Shown: piece after piece, positions 24,067-37,903 of the stretch | How positions within the stretch are numbered: the stretch's first letter is position 1 | How the letters are laid out: every line of letters begins with the position of its first letter | NCBI GenBank assembly: GCA_003614675.1 | Contig: ML002266.1 | Span: 1-53,573, forward strand | DNA from: Dimargaris cristalligena | Taxonomy: Eukaryota | DNA length: 53,573 nt | Direction of reading: 5' to 3' | Notes under the pieces: model-generated | What the model was told of the DNA's origin: nothing | The model's database searches: none | The model's input: only the letters and a program-made list of their open reading frames with translations | Translations under genes and position numbers: made by a program

Positions 24067-27000
24067 AAGAGTGGGGGGTGTTCGGCCGGTGATCACTAGC
24101 AATGGACAGTATCAGGGACAACATTTTCCCTTCCCCCTCTTAGCATCTATTAAAATCAGTTTTAAGGGCCCTTAATCCCCAAGCATACGCACTCCCGTTT
24201 TTTCCTTTACAGATTGGCATCTAATATTTAGGTACCCCTCAAATTATCGTTTATCCCACCTGGTAATTACTAATATTATGTAATCATTTATTCCCCCTCC
24301 CCATGAATTCCCAACCCAAAACGGGTATAAACTTGGTTGCTGATGTGTCTTATTTCCAATTGCATCGGCTTAAACTCGATACTCGTATAATAGGGTATAC
24401 TCGCCCACATGCCATTATCCATGGGGTACTCAGCGAGGGAACTACCTGAATATTTCGAGTTTGACGGGCCTCGTGGCAGTTCGGGATTAACCTCTTCTTA
24501 AACCTCATGCATTGTCTGTGGCCGCTAGGGTATGCCTAATTGTTCTTATTTGTAATTCACGCTCGTCTAGGCCCCACTGCCGATTTAGTACCACGCGAGC
24601 GGCGCCCATGGAGGAAGTAAGCGGGGCTGATTGCGAACCTGGCCCTTACATTCTACAATATATGGCTATATATCGGATAGCTATAAATTATAAAACGCCG
24701 AGTAAGTGGTTTTTTTTTAAAGAAAAATAACAGACGTATTCGGCTTCTAACTTTCATCACAGCTATTGTATATCACATGCCTAATGGGGTAAGCCCCACC
24801 ATTGTGCAAAGAAACTTGCCTACGAGTATACAGCGGTTCATGCCGATTCACGGGTTCATTCAAAATGATACGTATAATAGAAAGGAAACCACAGGTCCTA
24901 AAAGTTTGGACTCATGGGCAATCATATAGATACCAGAAGGGAGGGTGTGACCTTAGCGTGATCGTGGCAACCACGTATGCCCACTTTCAGACAATAGGAC
25001 TGACCTCAGCCGTTACCTCATCACAATATATAGTCAGGAGGTATTCAAATGATCTCAGTAGTAAGCGGCGGGTGGGCCTTGATAAACGCGATGTCTAAAT
25101 ACCGGATACTAAGCCAAATACCTTTTTATAGATTGGGGCTTTTAGCCTAAGCATAGCATACCTAGTGTTACACTATTCTAGTACCATGCCCTTACTTAAT
25201 AATTGCCGGCCAGTCAACGAAAGCAGGGGAGGTGGGGTGTTACTCACCTTCCTGGCTTCCCTCTACCCCAAATCGATGAAACTTGATTAGTATGTCCCTC
25301 GCCCATTCACTTCACACCTACTTAAACATTTAGGCACATGTGTTGGGCATGTTACTCGTGTTAACTTGGTGCCCTCCTTCCCTCCTCTTGTGATTTTTCC
25401 ATACCCGAAACTCCAGGCCACATTACTGAATCACCGGGTAGGTAGCCTTGGCTTTCCATGGGCCCGAATTTCTCGTGCCTCGTGCTTTGGCCCCTCACTG
25501 TATTATTCACTCCCCCTCCCTCCCAATATATATATACATATATATATAAGTATAATAATATGCACTAATCACCATTTATAATATTTGCACACACGCCATC
25601 AATTGAAATATACATGTTTTCCCACATCCTCGGCTATTTGTTTTTTTGTTGAGGCAGTTGGCTAGCCAGACCACTCCATTTTTATTTCCCTACGTTTGAA
25701 ATTCCCTTATTCTACTGTTCTTTGCCTAATTTTCTTACCTCGTATTATATCGAGGTATGATACTTCGCACCCTGTTTGGCCGATCCGCTTGGAATTTTCC
25801 AATATCTCCGTTTACGGTGTAATTTTTGGGGGTAATCCTGACGGACCTCTTTCCCCGTTTAATAATTAAAAACTTATGATTCCAGGTTCATTACCCACCA
25901 ATAGGATATATTATAGACGAAACGTCTGGCCCATGTGTTTATGTTTTGGGCAAGACTGGCCTCGGCCGATTTTAAATAATCAGTGACTCAGCCCAATGCT
26001 ATAGCTGGTGGTGCGTAATACTGTAGTCTAGGTAAGCGCATAGGAGTGCCGCTGAAAAAAAAAACGAAGGGGGGATACCAAATACGCTTGCCAGTTCTAG
26101 CTTAAATCCTACGTATTGAGGGATTCGAGGAGGTTTTTTTTTTTGGAGATTCGGGAATGTGAGTATTCTTTCGTTTCAAATTCACATAGCATATCCAACA
26201 AAGTTCGCGATGCCTCATTTAGTATTATTAGCGCTGGCCAATGCTCTCGTATTGTTCGTTTGGGACTTTGGTGCCAGGCTCATAATAAATAACCCTAAAA
26301 CCCTTTAGCGATATACTTTACGTAAGGTGCGTCGATTAGGGGGCCCACCTAACGAACCGTTCCGTTTTCATAATAAGGGTGAGCGGGGCTGTAAGCTGCC
26401 CTAATTGAGGTTCTTCTACTTGGACAGATTAGTTACCGTTTCTGAAGTGAGCTTTGCCCTACAACTCAGACCTCTATGTATGATGGCTCGGGCTATGATT
26501 CCAATTAGGATTCTTCCAAAAAGGATACATTTCAAAACCACAATATTCAATCCATCAATTACCCTAGTTTTCCCAACCCCCCCCCCCTCCTTGATTATTT
26601 TACTATTCCGAATACCCCCCCCTCTGTTCTGGACAACTTAGTATTCAGCCACTAACTATTTCTCTTGCACCCCACTGCCACTTCCAGGTTAACCCCTCGT
26701 TTTATTACGCCTCCGACCCCCCCCCCAACTCCCTCTTCTATTACACATAACACTGTAGAAGTTTGTCTACTGTTACATAATCAATGGCCATGAGACGGAA
26801 CCTATTCCAAGTATAGATTAATACGCAACCCAAACTATGGGGGTAATATATCGTAGGCCCCTAACATAATCAAATAATAGGCAATCCAGTAGACTAAATA
26901 AAGAGATATGATTCACTACTTGAACACCGTAGATTTCGCAGTAGTGTAGTAGTCGGACGTACCACTATAACAACAATAACCCGTAACAACCCTCCTATCT

Positions 27001-30000
27001 ATACATATCCATACGCACGCATACACAGCAAATAATAAAAAATAAAAGAATGAACTTGGGCAATCGTAATAGATTATTCCTAATATGGTCCATACTAGCT
27101 CGGTTGGGCTACTAACGTAAACGATGGACAAATCATGACAAATTCCCGGGCCTGCCTTGTCTTGTCTTGACGGAACTTGGCCCGGCCTGGGGCTTATTGC
27201 TATTTGATCTCAACCGGGTCCACCCAGGTATATTAGGCCAGATTGGGACGTCTGTTTTAATTTCGACCGGTTTTGGATTTGTTTGGCTCGTTCGGGTCAA
27301 GCAACCATTCCCCAGTGACCCCAAATTTGGGGGGTTACCGCTGAATGACAATGGGGAATGTGGGGGAGCACTGCTATTAGATGCTCATTTGTGCCACACC
27401 CATACTTGTAGTATTTTTGCAGGCACAGGTAAAACCATGGCACGGCATAATAGGAATACTGGCTTATTGCACCTTTCTATGGCTAACTTCGTTTAGGTCT
27501 ACTAGGATATCGCCCTCGAGTGTATTTTTATCCCCCAAGAATTACTGATCAACTGAATGCTTCGTTCTTTACCCTACATTTTGGTTGGTGGAAACCTAAC
27601 AGTATCTACTGTCGCCTGCATACATATCTACATATAGAATATCACATTGGTTTTTTTAACAAGAAGTATTATAAGAGAGTAGAGTATACATGATATTATT
27701 GCAGCCCATACTATTTAAGATATTAAACTATACCCGGGTAGTTGGAAGACCGGCCATTGTAACTGGTGTAGCCGTCGGTGTTCATAATTTTTTTATACTG
27801 TATACTGTCACACTGATAGCCACATCTTACACACACCCATGTCCATACAAGTATAAATCCATTGTTGAAACATCATTGAACGCAATGCTGATAAATGGAT
27901 GTGTGGCGAACTCCATTACCAGGAGTAGGTTCATTTTAAATAACAATTTTTCTTGGATCATCCCCAATCACAATGGCGTTGTGCACACTGGACAATATAT
28001 ATGGTTTTGGCTTCCAAATACGGTTCTCAAACTCCCACTTTTGTACCCATAGTGTGAGGCCGTGGTAGTCCTTGCGGAGGACTTACCATATAAGGAAATT
28101 ATCCACTGTATAAAGTCAAATTGGCCGGTTGTCTTTCTGTTCCATGGGAGTGGAGTGTGTGTGTATGGATGTATGTGTGTGGGTGGGTGAGTGGAATGAA
28201 TGTGGAGGAATGGTTTTTGGCTACCAGGCATCGAGTGATGTTTATCACCATTCTCACACCTCTTTATTCAAACACCGCCTTCCTTCTTTGACATAATCCC
28301 ATATATACATATAGATCCACTTTAACCAGAAGTGTACACATGTGTATATAACCTCTTATGACAATCGATTCACACACATACATGCATTCTCTCTCTTTGT
28401 CACAGTTAATGATGGGTACAGGTCATCCGAAAACCGGGGTTTACCTGCAAATTGATAACTGTCACCACCCGAGAATTATCGAATCTAATAGATTTATAGA
28501 TCCACTTTTTACATATTATACAAGGAGTATGTGAATTTGAAATGTAGGAGTGGGAGATAATAGAGACCATGGGTGATCTAGGCAAAATAGCAGAATGTCT
28601 TTCCATGGCCATTTCATTCAACTAACGGATAATATGCCCGCACCCGTGCATCTCATATTTACATTTTATTATTATAGATCAGCTCCCCGGCGGATGGGGG
28701 GGGGGGGTTCCGCTCATAACCCTCTAAAGTGGCATGGCACGCTCCTTACCCCATGGTACCTCGAATTTGGTAGGGCTGAAAAGTCCAGTCATTTTGGGGA
28801 CTTTCAACTTACCCATTTCCAACCCGTGGGCTTTGTAAGAGAAGTTCAGTGAACTTCATGGTATTCGGGCAAGGGCTGAGAAGTGACGTGTACATTGAAG
28901 TAAGATAAAATAGTAATAGGAAAATGAGGGAGGGGCAATTATCGAGGTGGAAGCAATGGAGCTGGGAGATATGCGGATGGTATATAGGCTATTAGACACA
29001 TACCTCGCTTATCCTTATCACCCCAATTTTGAAGGAAACACTATCCGAGATTGGCCTTCCCGCCCCCCCTTCTTCTTCCACTAATCTTCTTGGCCAATTC
29101 CCGGTATACTTGTGTGGATCCACATTGTACTGACACACTCCTTATCAAATCCTCATTGGAAGGGCGGCTAATCTCACTGTGTCTCCTACTCAAAAAGCGG
29201 TATTAACCAGGTGGGAATGAGTGAATAATTAGGCCCCAGTTCAAGAATACTAAAAAAAGGGGCGGGGGAAAGAGAGGGGATGTTGTAAGAAATGAGACTG
29301 AAAGGGGGAGTTGAAAAATAATAAGAAGGGGTCCTTAAATTTCGAGGGTTAAGGTGTGGATTGGAGGGTGATGCCTATATAACCGAGCCTCGGCTATTTT
29401 TACCTGTTCTCCCCACTCTTACCCTTCTCACCATCGAAATAGGCCACCTTACCACCTCCATAAGGTAATATGTATTTCAGATATATATATATCTATCTAT
29501 ACGAAAAGTGGCATCCGGTGTTGCCCAGGGAGACGGTATAAAAATGGCCTATAATGTTTATTGACTACCCCTTGTTACCAGAGAAGGTTGTCTAAGTAAC
29601 TACACTTGGAATACCGTAGGTCACCGCTTCAAACATTTGCTGGGGTTTCCCAGAATAAGGATCCGTAAAGGAATGGCTTTGAACATTTCATACTTCCCCT
29701 ATCCTCCCCCTTACCTCTTCCATCTAGCGCTGCTTTAGACCATTAATGGATTGTTTTAGGACCTGCATTGTATTTCTAGTTGCCACGATCTTTTAATAAG
29801 GTGGACGTCCTATCCAAAGCACACCCCTTTCAATTATCCGGCATAAATGATGAGTGGTTCCGCCACACAACGGATATACTGCATTGCAAAAATCCTCCGT
29901 CAGATAAGAGAATGAATGATACGACAAAATTGTTGTGCCGTTTAACGTGGTATGGTCGATTGCCAGTATCGGATACCGTCTCACACTTAGAGTTAGTTAA

Positions 30001-33000
30001 ATAATACCTATATCTAGTACCGCATCATTATTTATTTTATCCGAGGTATTGAGCTAACATGGAAACCAACTGTCCGAATCAAAATACGTCCAAGATCCTG
30101 CTAGAAATGGGGACGAAGTTTGCTTCCAAAGGGTATACTTAGTAATAATAATCATGAAAGCTGTCCAGCAGCCACTCCTCTATATACTGTGGGATTGGTT
30201 TGTATCTATTTCACCAAGTATTTCTCCTACCCCCACTGGTTGCAATCCACGGGTTCGAATGCCCCTTCTTTTATACCCCCTCCCCTCTAACCCGATGATC
30301 ATTTCCGTTCCGAATAGCCGGATACCACCGGCACTCGCGTCAGACTGTTCCGAAAAGAAGACCAGGCTCTCCCCTCGTATTCCCCAGAGTCCACCCGCGC
30401 TACCCAAGGATAACCCTAAAAGCAAGGATTGACAGCCCAAGGTGGCGGTGTGTCGTGTGTGTGGTGGGCCCCATCGATACGAATAGATGCGTTCCTTTAC
30501 TAGCCAAGCTGTATATGAACTTCCGTTACCCTGATTTGTGTAATTTCGGGACATGAAAACGCATATGGATAGTTCTTTTTCTTTCGTGGTTGGTGCTAAA
30601 AATTAACTGCCGAGATTAACAACCAGAATAACAACAGCAGAAGCCTTATGTAGGCGCAATATTGCCCTTTAATTCGGCTAGCCTTATTCAACCAGGCATC
30701 CTAACCCATATGCTCACTCACATGAGTTCGGTAATTTTGCCAACAGTTGACCTAGCCATTTTAGGCCCTGTCCCTCGCTTACTGATTCGAACCAATCACT
30801 CGTAACGTTACGCTGGCCTGCTTATCACGATGGGTCTGTTCATTTGGATTTTCGTTTCATTTCCACTCATTCATACTATCCTCTTTCTATTGGAAATTTA
30901 AGCAAAATGCCAAGAATGCCAGTGCAAATAGACTAATCTTTATTTGAGGGTATTGAAACGACATTGGGCCATCTCCTCCTTAATTTAACCTGGATAAAGA
31001 AGTACTATTATAGATTATGTGATCCAAACTGGGCTCATAATGCAGAATCATATAGAAATAGGGCCGACTATTTACCGTGATTGTCCGACACTGTTTCACC
31101 CGGCCATGCTAGTACTATAGTTCAATCCCGAGAAACAGAGAGTGGCGTAGAATTAGCGAGAGACAGAGCGAGGAGGAGGGCCCCCCACATGTGGTTGGGG
31201 TTGGATAGTTGGTTGGTTAATAACCCTTTCCAAATGGTGCCCCATTTCCCGGCCAAATTTCGCACGCACGGGCACGTTACTCATTCTTTCCTATCATCCT
31301 TGGGTACTCGATTAGTGTCGTACCGACCATGGGATAAGAGAGGGGGGAGGAGGAGGAGGAAGAAGAGTAAGAGGAAAAGGAAGAGGAGGAGTAGCATATG
31401 ACAGTGCCCCTATGATAAATTCCACCAGCTATTTGTTTACCACCCTTCCCCACAGCTTCACTCTTTCCCTCCATTCCAGGCATCCACTGGTCAGTTTTGC
31501 TAGGCTTAAGGGTTATACAGGTGCGCCCACCCCCCACTTGCTAAGTCTCTCGATTGTAGTCATTCATGGGAGCACAAAGGGTAATACATCTTGTTACTGG
31601 CTAATTTACCTTTCCCCATTTCTTTGCACTTCCCCAATGAATAGATATTTTCTTCCTCATGCCCTTTAACTTGTCCGCGCCAGCCACTGCCTACTTCAAT
31701 TTACTTGAATGGAAATACACCTGATTTATTTACCGTTGCCATTACCCGTGCCATGGCTGTCGCTGCATTATTCATAATAACCCAACATACGCATAGTTCA
31801 TTCGCTATATATGTATGCCTGAATAGAAAGCCTGCCCTGTTTGCAATGGTACTGGCGGGCGCAAGCAAATGAACTTCCCTGCCTGTCGGGTATCCTATGA
31901 CCGGGTTAGATTTGACAGCTGGCTTCTGAATTATAGAATCACTGACTGGTCCAAGGTATTTAAAGTGCAAATCCCGAAAATAGGAAAGGGCAAATGGGCT
32001 CCCCGCTGAAACTGGGAATAGGTGCAGGTAAGTGGGTATAGGAGAGGCCAGGGAATAACCCAAGGATTCGGTCGTCAATTGGACGGCGCTGTGGGTATTG
32101 GTGGGGGAGGAAACGAATGACAAGCACGAAACTAATGGTGGTAATAGTTGTGAGATTGACCCTAGTTGGGGTCACGCGTAGATTATTGACCAGGTTTAAG
32201 CCAAACTGCCCCCAAGACATCATAATGCCACTTTAATGGTGATAATAGGGGAGGGCCACTTTCCCCTCCTTTCCTATTACACTTATCTTCAACCAGCCAA
32301 AGGGTTTACCCGCTCGGGTAATTACAAAGCAGACCAGTTAGGCTGGATTTATAAATGTATATATAATATAGGGTGTGGGAGGCGGGTAAAGAGAAATGTC
32401 GGTACTATTAACCTATCAGAATACGCTACCCAAACTCCTCTACAAATGGACCACCCACTGTCACAGAGCAGTAGACCTTTCTCTCTTTTTCTCCGCCCCA
32501 CGCGGCATTCCCCCTTTTTTAACCCCAATCGCAGCTGATTGGCATTTGGTAGGATGGTATTGCCAATCCAGGGCCTAAACTAGTGCACCTATAGGCCGTA
32601 AACTGTTACCGCCAAGCTTGACCCTTTTAAACGTGTGTGGATCGCTGCTAAGATTTACCACCACTTTCCTTGGTAGGAGAGTCTTTTACTATCTTATCCC
32701 AGACTGGGCGAATAGGCTGGTGGAGGAGGGCCACAGGTGGAGGCGGGGTGGCTAATATGTGAAAGAGGGGACGGGCGAGGGCAGTCTTTTGATGATGATG
32801 ATGATGATGTTAACATTCGCTTTTAACGAGTTGCTTGGAATTGGTCAAGCTACCCTTGGTATGATATGCCCTTTACCTGGCCACAACCCTCCCCACTATT
32901 TTAACTCAAAGGGTCGAAGGGGAGTGCCCCGCGTTGGGGGGATTGGGCGCTAACGCTATTAATGGGGGACACCTACTCGTCCTTTTACTGGTCATGCGTT

Positions 33001-35534
33001 TTAGCCTCTACTTGGGGGCTGGGGGGACACCTTGCCCTGTTTCTCCCTTCCGCTTTAGTATAAAGGTGGTTAAGCTAAGTTGGCCCAACGGCCACACGGT
33101 ATAGTCAGTTAACCCAAAGTGGTTTCGAAACTCTCCCACCGCATTCCCGTCCTCGTCTTTTGCAAAAAATAAAAAAACGGAGAGAGAAATTATGGAATAT
33201 ATCGACCCTCCCACCACTTCCTCCCTGAGCTCTGTTCCGAAAGCCCAACCGCCACCGTGTATCATATTCAGTAGCGGCACACATGTGTAACATACTTTTT
33301 CGCCCCCATTTCCTTCGTATATTACCGGGCGTCCTAATGGGTTGTCACATTCAGTAGTCCTTAGGGGCGGGGTGGTGCCTCCCCCCTTATTTACTGTATC
33401 ATCTAACCGTGCCTTGACCATCCTCCTCATTCCATCACCACGCGCACTACTTTTGCATACACATGCGTGAAAATATTTATATCAATATATACGCGTACAG
33501 CCCAAGAAACTGAATTGATATAACGTTATTAAACAGCAAGCAGCTTCAAATATTCGGGCGGCCCTTGAGAGTGGTGAATACTGAAATAATGGCAGTGATG
33601 GTTAACAAAAAGAGTACCGAATCGATTTAAATAATGGGGGAGGGGATCGAGGGCACGAGGGTGGCTTTACCTGTTGACCCATTGAGATTAAACGTAGCGG
33701 AGTATAAAAACCCTGTATGGGGTGGTGATAGCGGGACCTAATTCAGTTCTCGGTCATCTTGATTATTTATTTACCTCATGGTATAATTTTCGCTACCAGG
33801 CAACCGCCATCTACCATTACATTTGGGCACTTTTCCCTCCTTCCAACCACTACACCATGTTTTGTACACTGTGGGTATACCAAGAAGGGGTGCTCTAGCG
33901 GTTTTAAGTCCGCTATGGTGGTGCCAAGAGGTGAGAGGGTGGTATTCGCAGAGGTTAAAGGGGAAGAGAAACTCTCCGTGTGGGTTTTTTACCTAGAAAC
34001 TGAAGCGCCGCTGGACTGAGGGGGTAGGCATGAAATCCAGTGTGCTACACCAAAATAGGTTGTACCAGGGAAAGACTGTTTGGTACTGACAACGGCGGCG
34101 CGAAGTGGGGCGGAAGGTTAATACGGGCCATTGGAAACAACCCGAGGGAAAAAATAAAGCAAGAGGGAAGTGGAAAAAGGGCCAACATGTAAACCGAGTA
34201 TTAGTAGCTCCAAATAGCCGCTCCCTTCCCCGGTGGCCATCAGCTTCCACCCCCTGGATTTGACCGGGTGCTCCAGGACTGGTTATGTCTCATAAATCAA
34301 ATATGGGAAATGCCCGACCGAGCTGGGCAATGAATACCCTGTCTATATTTTCAAATTAGGTGGCATTTATAAAATTATATACAGGTGGGTTGATTTTCCG
34401 CCCATAGCTCCTACTGCTCTCCCAAGTGGTATCTCAGCCGAGTGACCCTCGACGATCATCGGTCCATCATGTAGGGCTGGATGATCGAGTGTAGGTGGGG
34501 CTGGTTGAACCAGGAATTTAATCATCTGCTCTGTATTAAATGATAAACCGATGGAACCCCAATTCGCCCAATCGTAAGTGGGGAAGAGAGGGAGGGGGGA
34601 GATCCTGAAGCTACACTAACTGTAGTCGATTAGATATATTCATCTAAACCCTCCCTCCTTTTCTTTCTGGCTTTCACAAAAACGCCCAACCACTGAAGTG
34701 CTGAGGGAACCATGATTGGAATGCGTCGTATCCCGATGGGCATGTTCATCCTTCCACCCCCACCGGCACTCTAGCTAGCACCGCTCTCTCATAATTGGCG
34801 AGGGGGTGTCAAGAATAACCATCGTGGGTTGAATGACAATGACCGCCGTAAATCGATGAGATACGATCATCCGGCCGACCTACTAGGGATAGGGAGAGGG
34901 GGAAACGTGTCCGCTAATTATCCAGATATACTCCACCGATTGGTAGAGGCCGTAGAGAATAGATACTACAACTCCTCCTCGTGGCTTTTCCGAGATTAAT
35001 GCACATGGGTAATCGCTTCTCGTGCGGTAAAGTCCGGCCGCGGTGATAACACATGGTTTTATTATTACGATGTGTTTAATAGATTGAAAATTATGGAGCT
35101 GTCTGCCACCAAAATATAGGAGTGCTTTTCTGGCGACATTTACTTTTCGGTCAAATTGCGGGGGGCGGGGAGACGGAGAATATTCGAATAAAGAAATATG
35201 AGAAGGAACTGGCCTAAAATGGTTTAAAATGAGACCTTGGCATTTCACAATATATCCGAAATTTATACTCCCAGCCAGGGACGAATAGTCAAACGAAGGG
35301 AGGGGGAGGTGATTTTTTTAATAAAAAAACCCTCCGTATTTTACTTTACTCGTTCTTTAGCTTACCGAGGTATCGGCCTGGAATGCCTGTACCCAGCTGA
35401 CCAGTTGAAATTGGCCAAGGCCACATAGTAGTAGCATGGGAGCGACGGGAGACCACGCTACATATTGCTGCGACGATCTTTCATTCACGATAGATGGACC
35501 CATCGCATCCCCTTGTGCATCCTTGAGTATAACC

Positions 35535-35565
<31 letters not shown>

Positions 35566-37453
35566 CAATAACCAATGGGTAGCCTATTTTGCTAGGATGC
35601 CCACCATCGACATGGTATCTACGAGATGTTCAGCCGTGCCATGCGAGTTTAGCCCGGCCATATCGATTAATTTGAGCGATCGGCAATGATAAACTAGGTC
35701 CGTCGCCACTTAATATCCGTGACTTACCTAAAAATGGGGCAGGGTAGGAAGTGGGTAGAATCCACCCACTCCGGTGATGACCTCCGCCCTAGGCGGCCAA
35801 TCCTTCGAATCGTTGTCCGACTATGACAGCCCTTCGGAGCCGCATGCACCCCCCCCCTCCTCAACGTCTAGGATATACACCGTATCCCCCCTCCCACCAA
35901 TGGTGGTGAATAAAAAGCCCAAAGAAAATAAAGGAAAGGGGAAGATATGGAGTGGTACGCACTCGACATCGATGAGAGGTGAGAGGTATCCAGATTTTAG
36001 GTGACAGGGGTGTGTCGCCCGATACCAGTAATGGTGAAGAGGGGGGATTTTCTTACCTCCGCCTCAAGCATTCCCCCCTACCCCTCGTTACGTATACCCC
36101 CTATCCTTTACTGCCTATTGCCAATTTCACGGGGAATCCCAGCTGTTCGGCGTGTAACCGTCAAACTAAAACTGTTGAACCGTGTACCCAATCAATCCCG
36201 ATGGACCAGAGTCTTGTTCACAACGATACCCCGGCGCCTCCTAATCCCCGTTTCCCTGTTTTCCTATTACCTTGGTGGATAAGGGAAGGGGACTCTAGGT
36301 CCATAGCTTAAATATTACCGGATGGTATTAATAGGCGTCGGAAGGCACAATCCATTCCGAGATGGGGCAAGACGGAAAATGTTTTGTGTAAAATTGCAAT
36401 GAGGCCAGGGTAATTACAGGGTAGACGATGTCACATAACTATCACCATTATCTCTCCCGTTGAAACGGGGCGGCAGAGGGCGAATAATAATAATATTATT
36501 ATTAGTAGTAGTAAAATGTATTACCCTCTGCCCCTTTTCTAAAGTAATGGACTGGTATGACCGAGAGCGAGCAGGAAGGAGGAGTGGAGGTAAGGAATGG
36601 ATCGCGGTGGTGGCCAAGCCGAGGATAATTCTAGGAAGGGCTACGAAGAGAAATTGGATATTTGTTTGGAAGGTACCGGTAATTCGCATGTATGCCAGTG
36701 TCCCATTGGGCATTAAAACCCAAGCTAGTGCGCCGGGGGACATTGGTAATACCGACTGCTAGGCGAGTGGGTATTGTGGGGGACGCTCAGACACTGGCAC
36801 CGGCAGAGTACTGGGGCAAATACATAGGTCGTGTAATTTTGTCGGGCATTAGACTGGCTAAAGTGGGCACTGGAGTAGAAAAGAGTGGCGAGGTGGATAG
36901 TAGGCGAGAGGGTATGTCGGTTACTTCTGTGAGGGCAATAAGAACCAGCTTACCGCCCTACTAATTAATTCACTTTGGCTACCCCTGGCCCAGGTATTTG
37001 GATTTATTCGCTTTAAATGAGCCAGCACATTCGTCCTCTGTCATCATCACGACCACCCTGGCACCTACTGTAGGAGCCAATCTGGTGGGTTGCCCCCCTC
37101 CTCCATAGTTCCCCTATAATACCAAGATGATTGAAACAAAAACCGGGGTAGGGTTGGATGAGAGGGGGGTCGAGGCGGATAGTCCCTCCCCTTTTCCCCA
37201 CCCTCCCCCTTTTGTTCATCCAATGATGAACAATACAGGCCTATACGTTGCACCTACCCTTTTTCGCTTTAGTTTGGCAATACGAGTGGAGGGTATTGTT
37301 TTATGCAGAGGGGTAGCTAATCGGGGTTAATCATGGGGGAGTCACCACTGTATTTGCTGCTGTGGTTCCCCCCCCCCCGTATTTTGCGCTTCTAGGGGCT
37401 TGCACATTTACCAATGGCTCATATCCCGGAGCCCTGTACCCGAGGGGGAAAAC

Positions 37454-37460
37454 TATAAAA
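37454..37460 (+). promoter_or_regulatory. Candidate TATA box (TATAAAA) for the velvet gene
   Basis: TATAAAAGG 450 nt upstream of the ATG at 37904, followed by a long CT-rich leader ending in (CT)n(TA)n. Confidence 0.45.
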
Positions 37461-37859
37461 GGTGGGCCTCGCATCACTCCCGGGTACTTGTTATCGCCTA
37501 TTCTTCTCCCATCACCTATATATAGTATATGGACTTTTTTGTGCTTGTTCTCTCTGTATATCTCTGGCTTTCCGTGTCCTTCTCTCCAACCTGCCTTTCT
37601 ATTCCTCCGCTCTATATGTTTAGTGTGTCGACATATCTCTTCCTTACTTGACTCTGTATATGCATGCATACAATCTTCCAACCATAGACCTGTATAAATA
37701 TAGCTCCCGAAACCTCCCCCTGCCTGCCTCCTTTCTTTCTCTAGAATTTTATTTATTTAATTCCTTGACCCTCTGTTTATGTGCCCCACTGTATAACTCC
37801 TTCTGTACTTTTGTTAGCGCACCTAGTCTTGTCTATATCACCCTCTCCCCATACATACT

Positions 37860-37895
<36 letters not shown>

Positions 37896-37903
37896 TACCT
37901 ACA

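Noticed and set aside
27690-28140. AT-rich patch with a minus-strand GTAAGT and a CxxC (CVRCGYQC), possible element relic
   Set aside because: All frames are interrupted and no transposase or other family motif was recognisable.
30235-30270. GGTTCGAAT T-loop-like motif
   Set aside because: No acceptor stem, D-arm or anticodon arm can be folded around it, so it is not a tRNA.
30059-30432. Possible 62-aa two-exon gene (30059-30132 + 30318-30432) with CTAAC branch and TAG acceptor
   Set aside because: The donor GTATAC is weak and the product resembles nothing known; it cannot be supported without RNA data.
37876-37894. (TA)n tracts just upstream of the CA, UBP3 and velvet start codons as possible ApT 6mA promoter marks
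   Set aside because: Similar tracts occur far from gene starts (e.g. ~35540, ~40555, ~41168, ~49253), so no specificity can be claimed from sequence alone.
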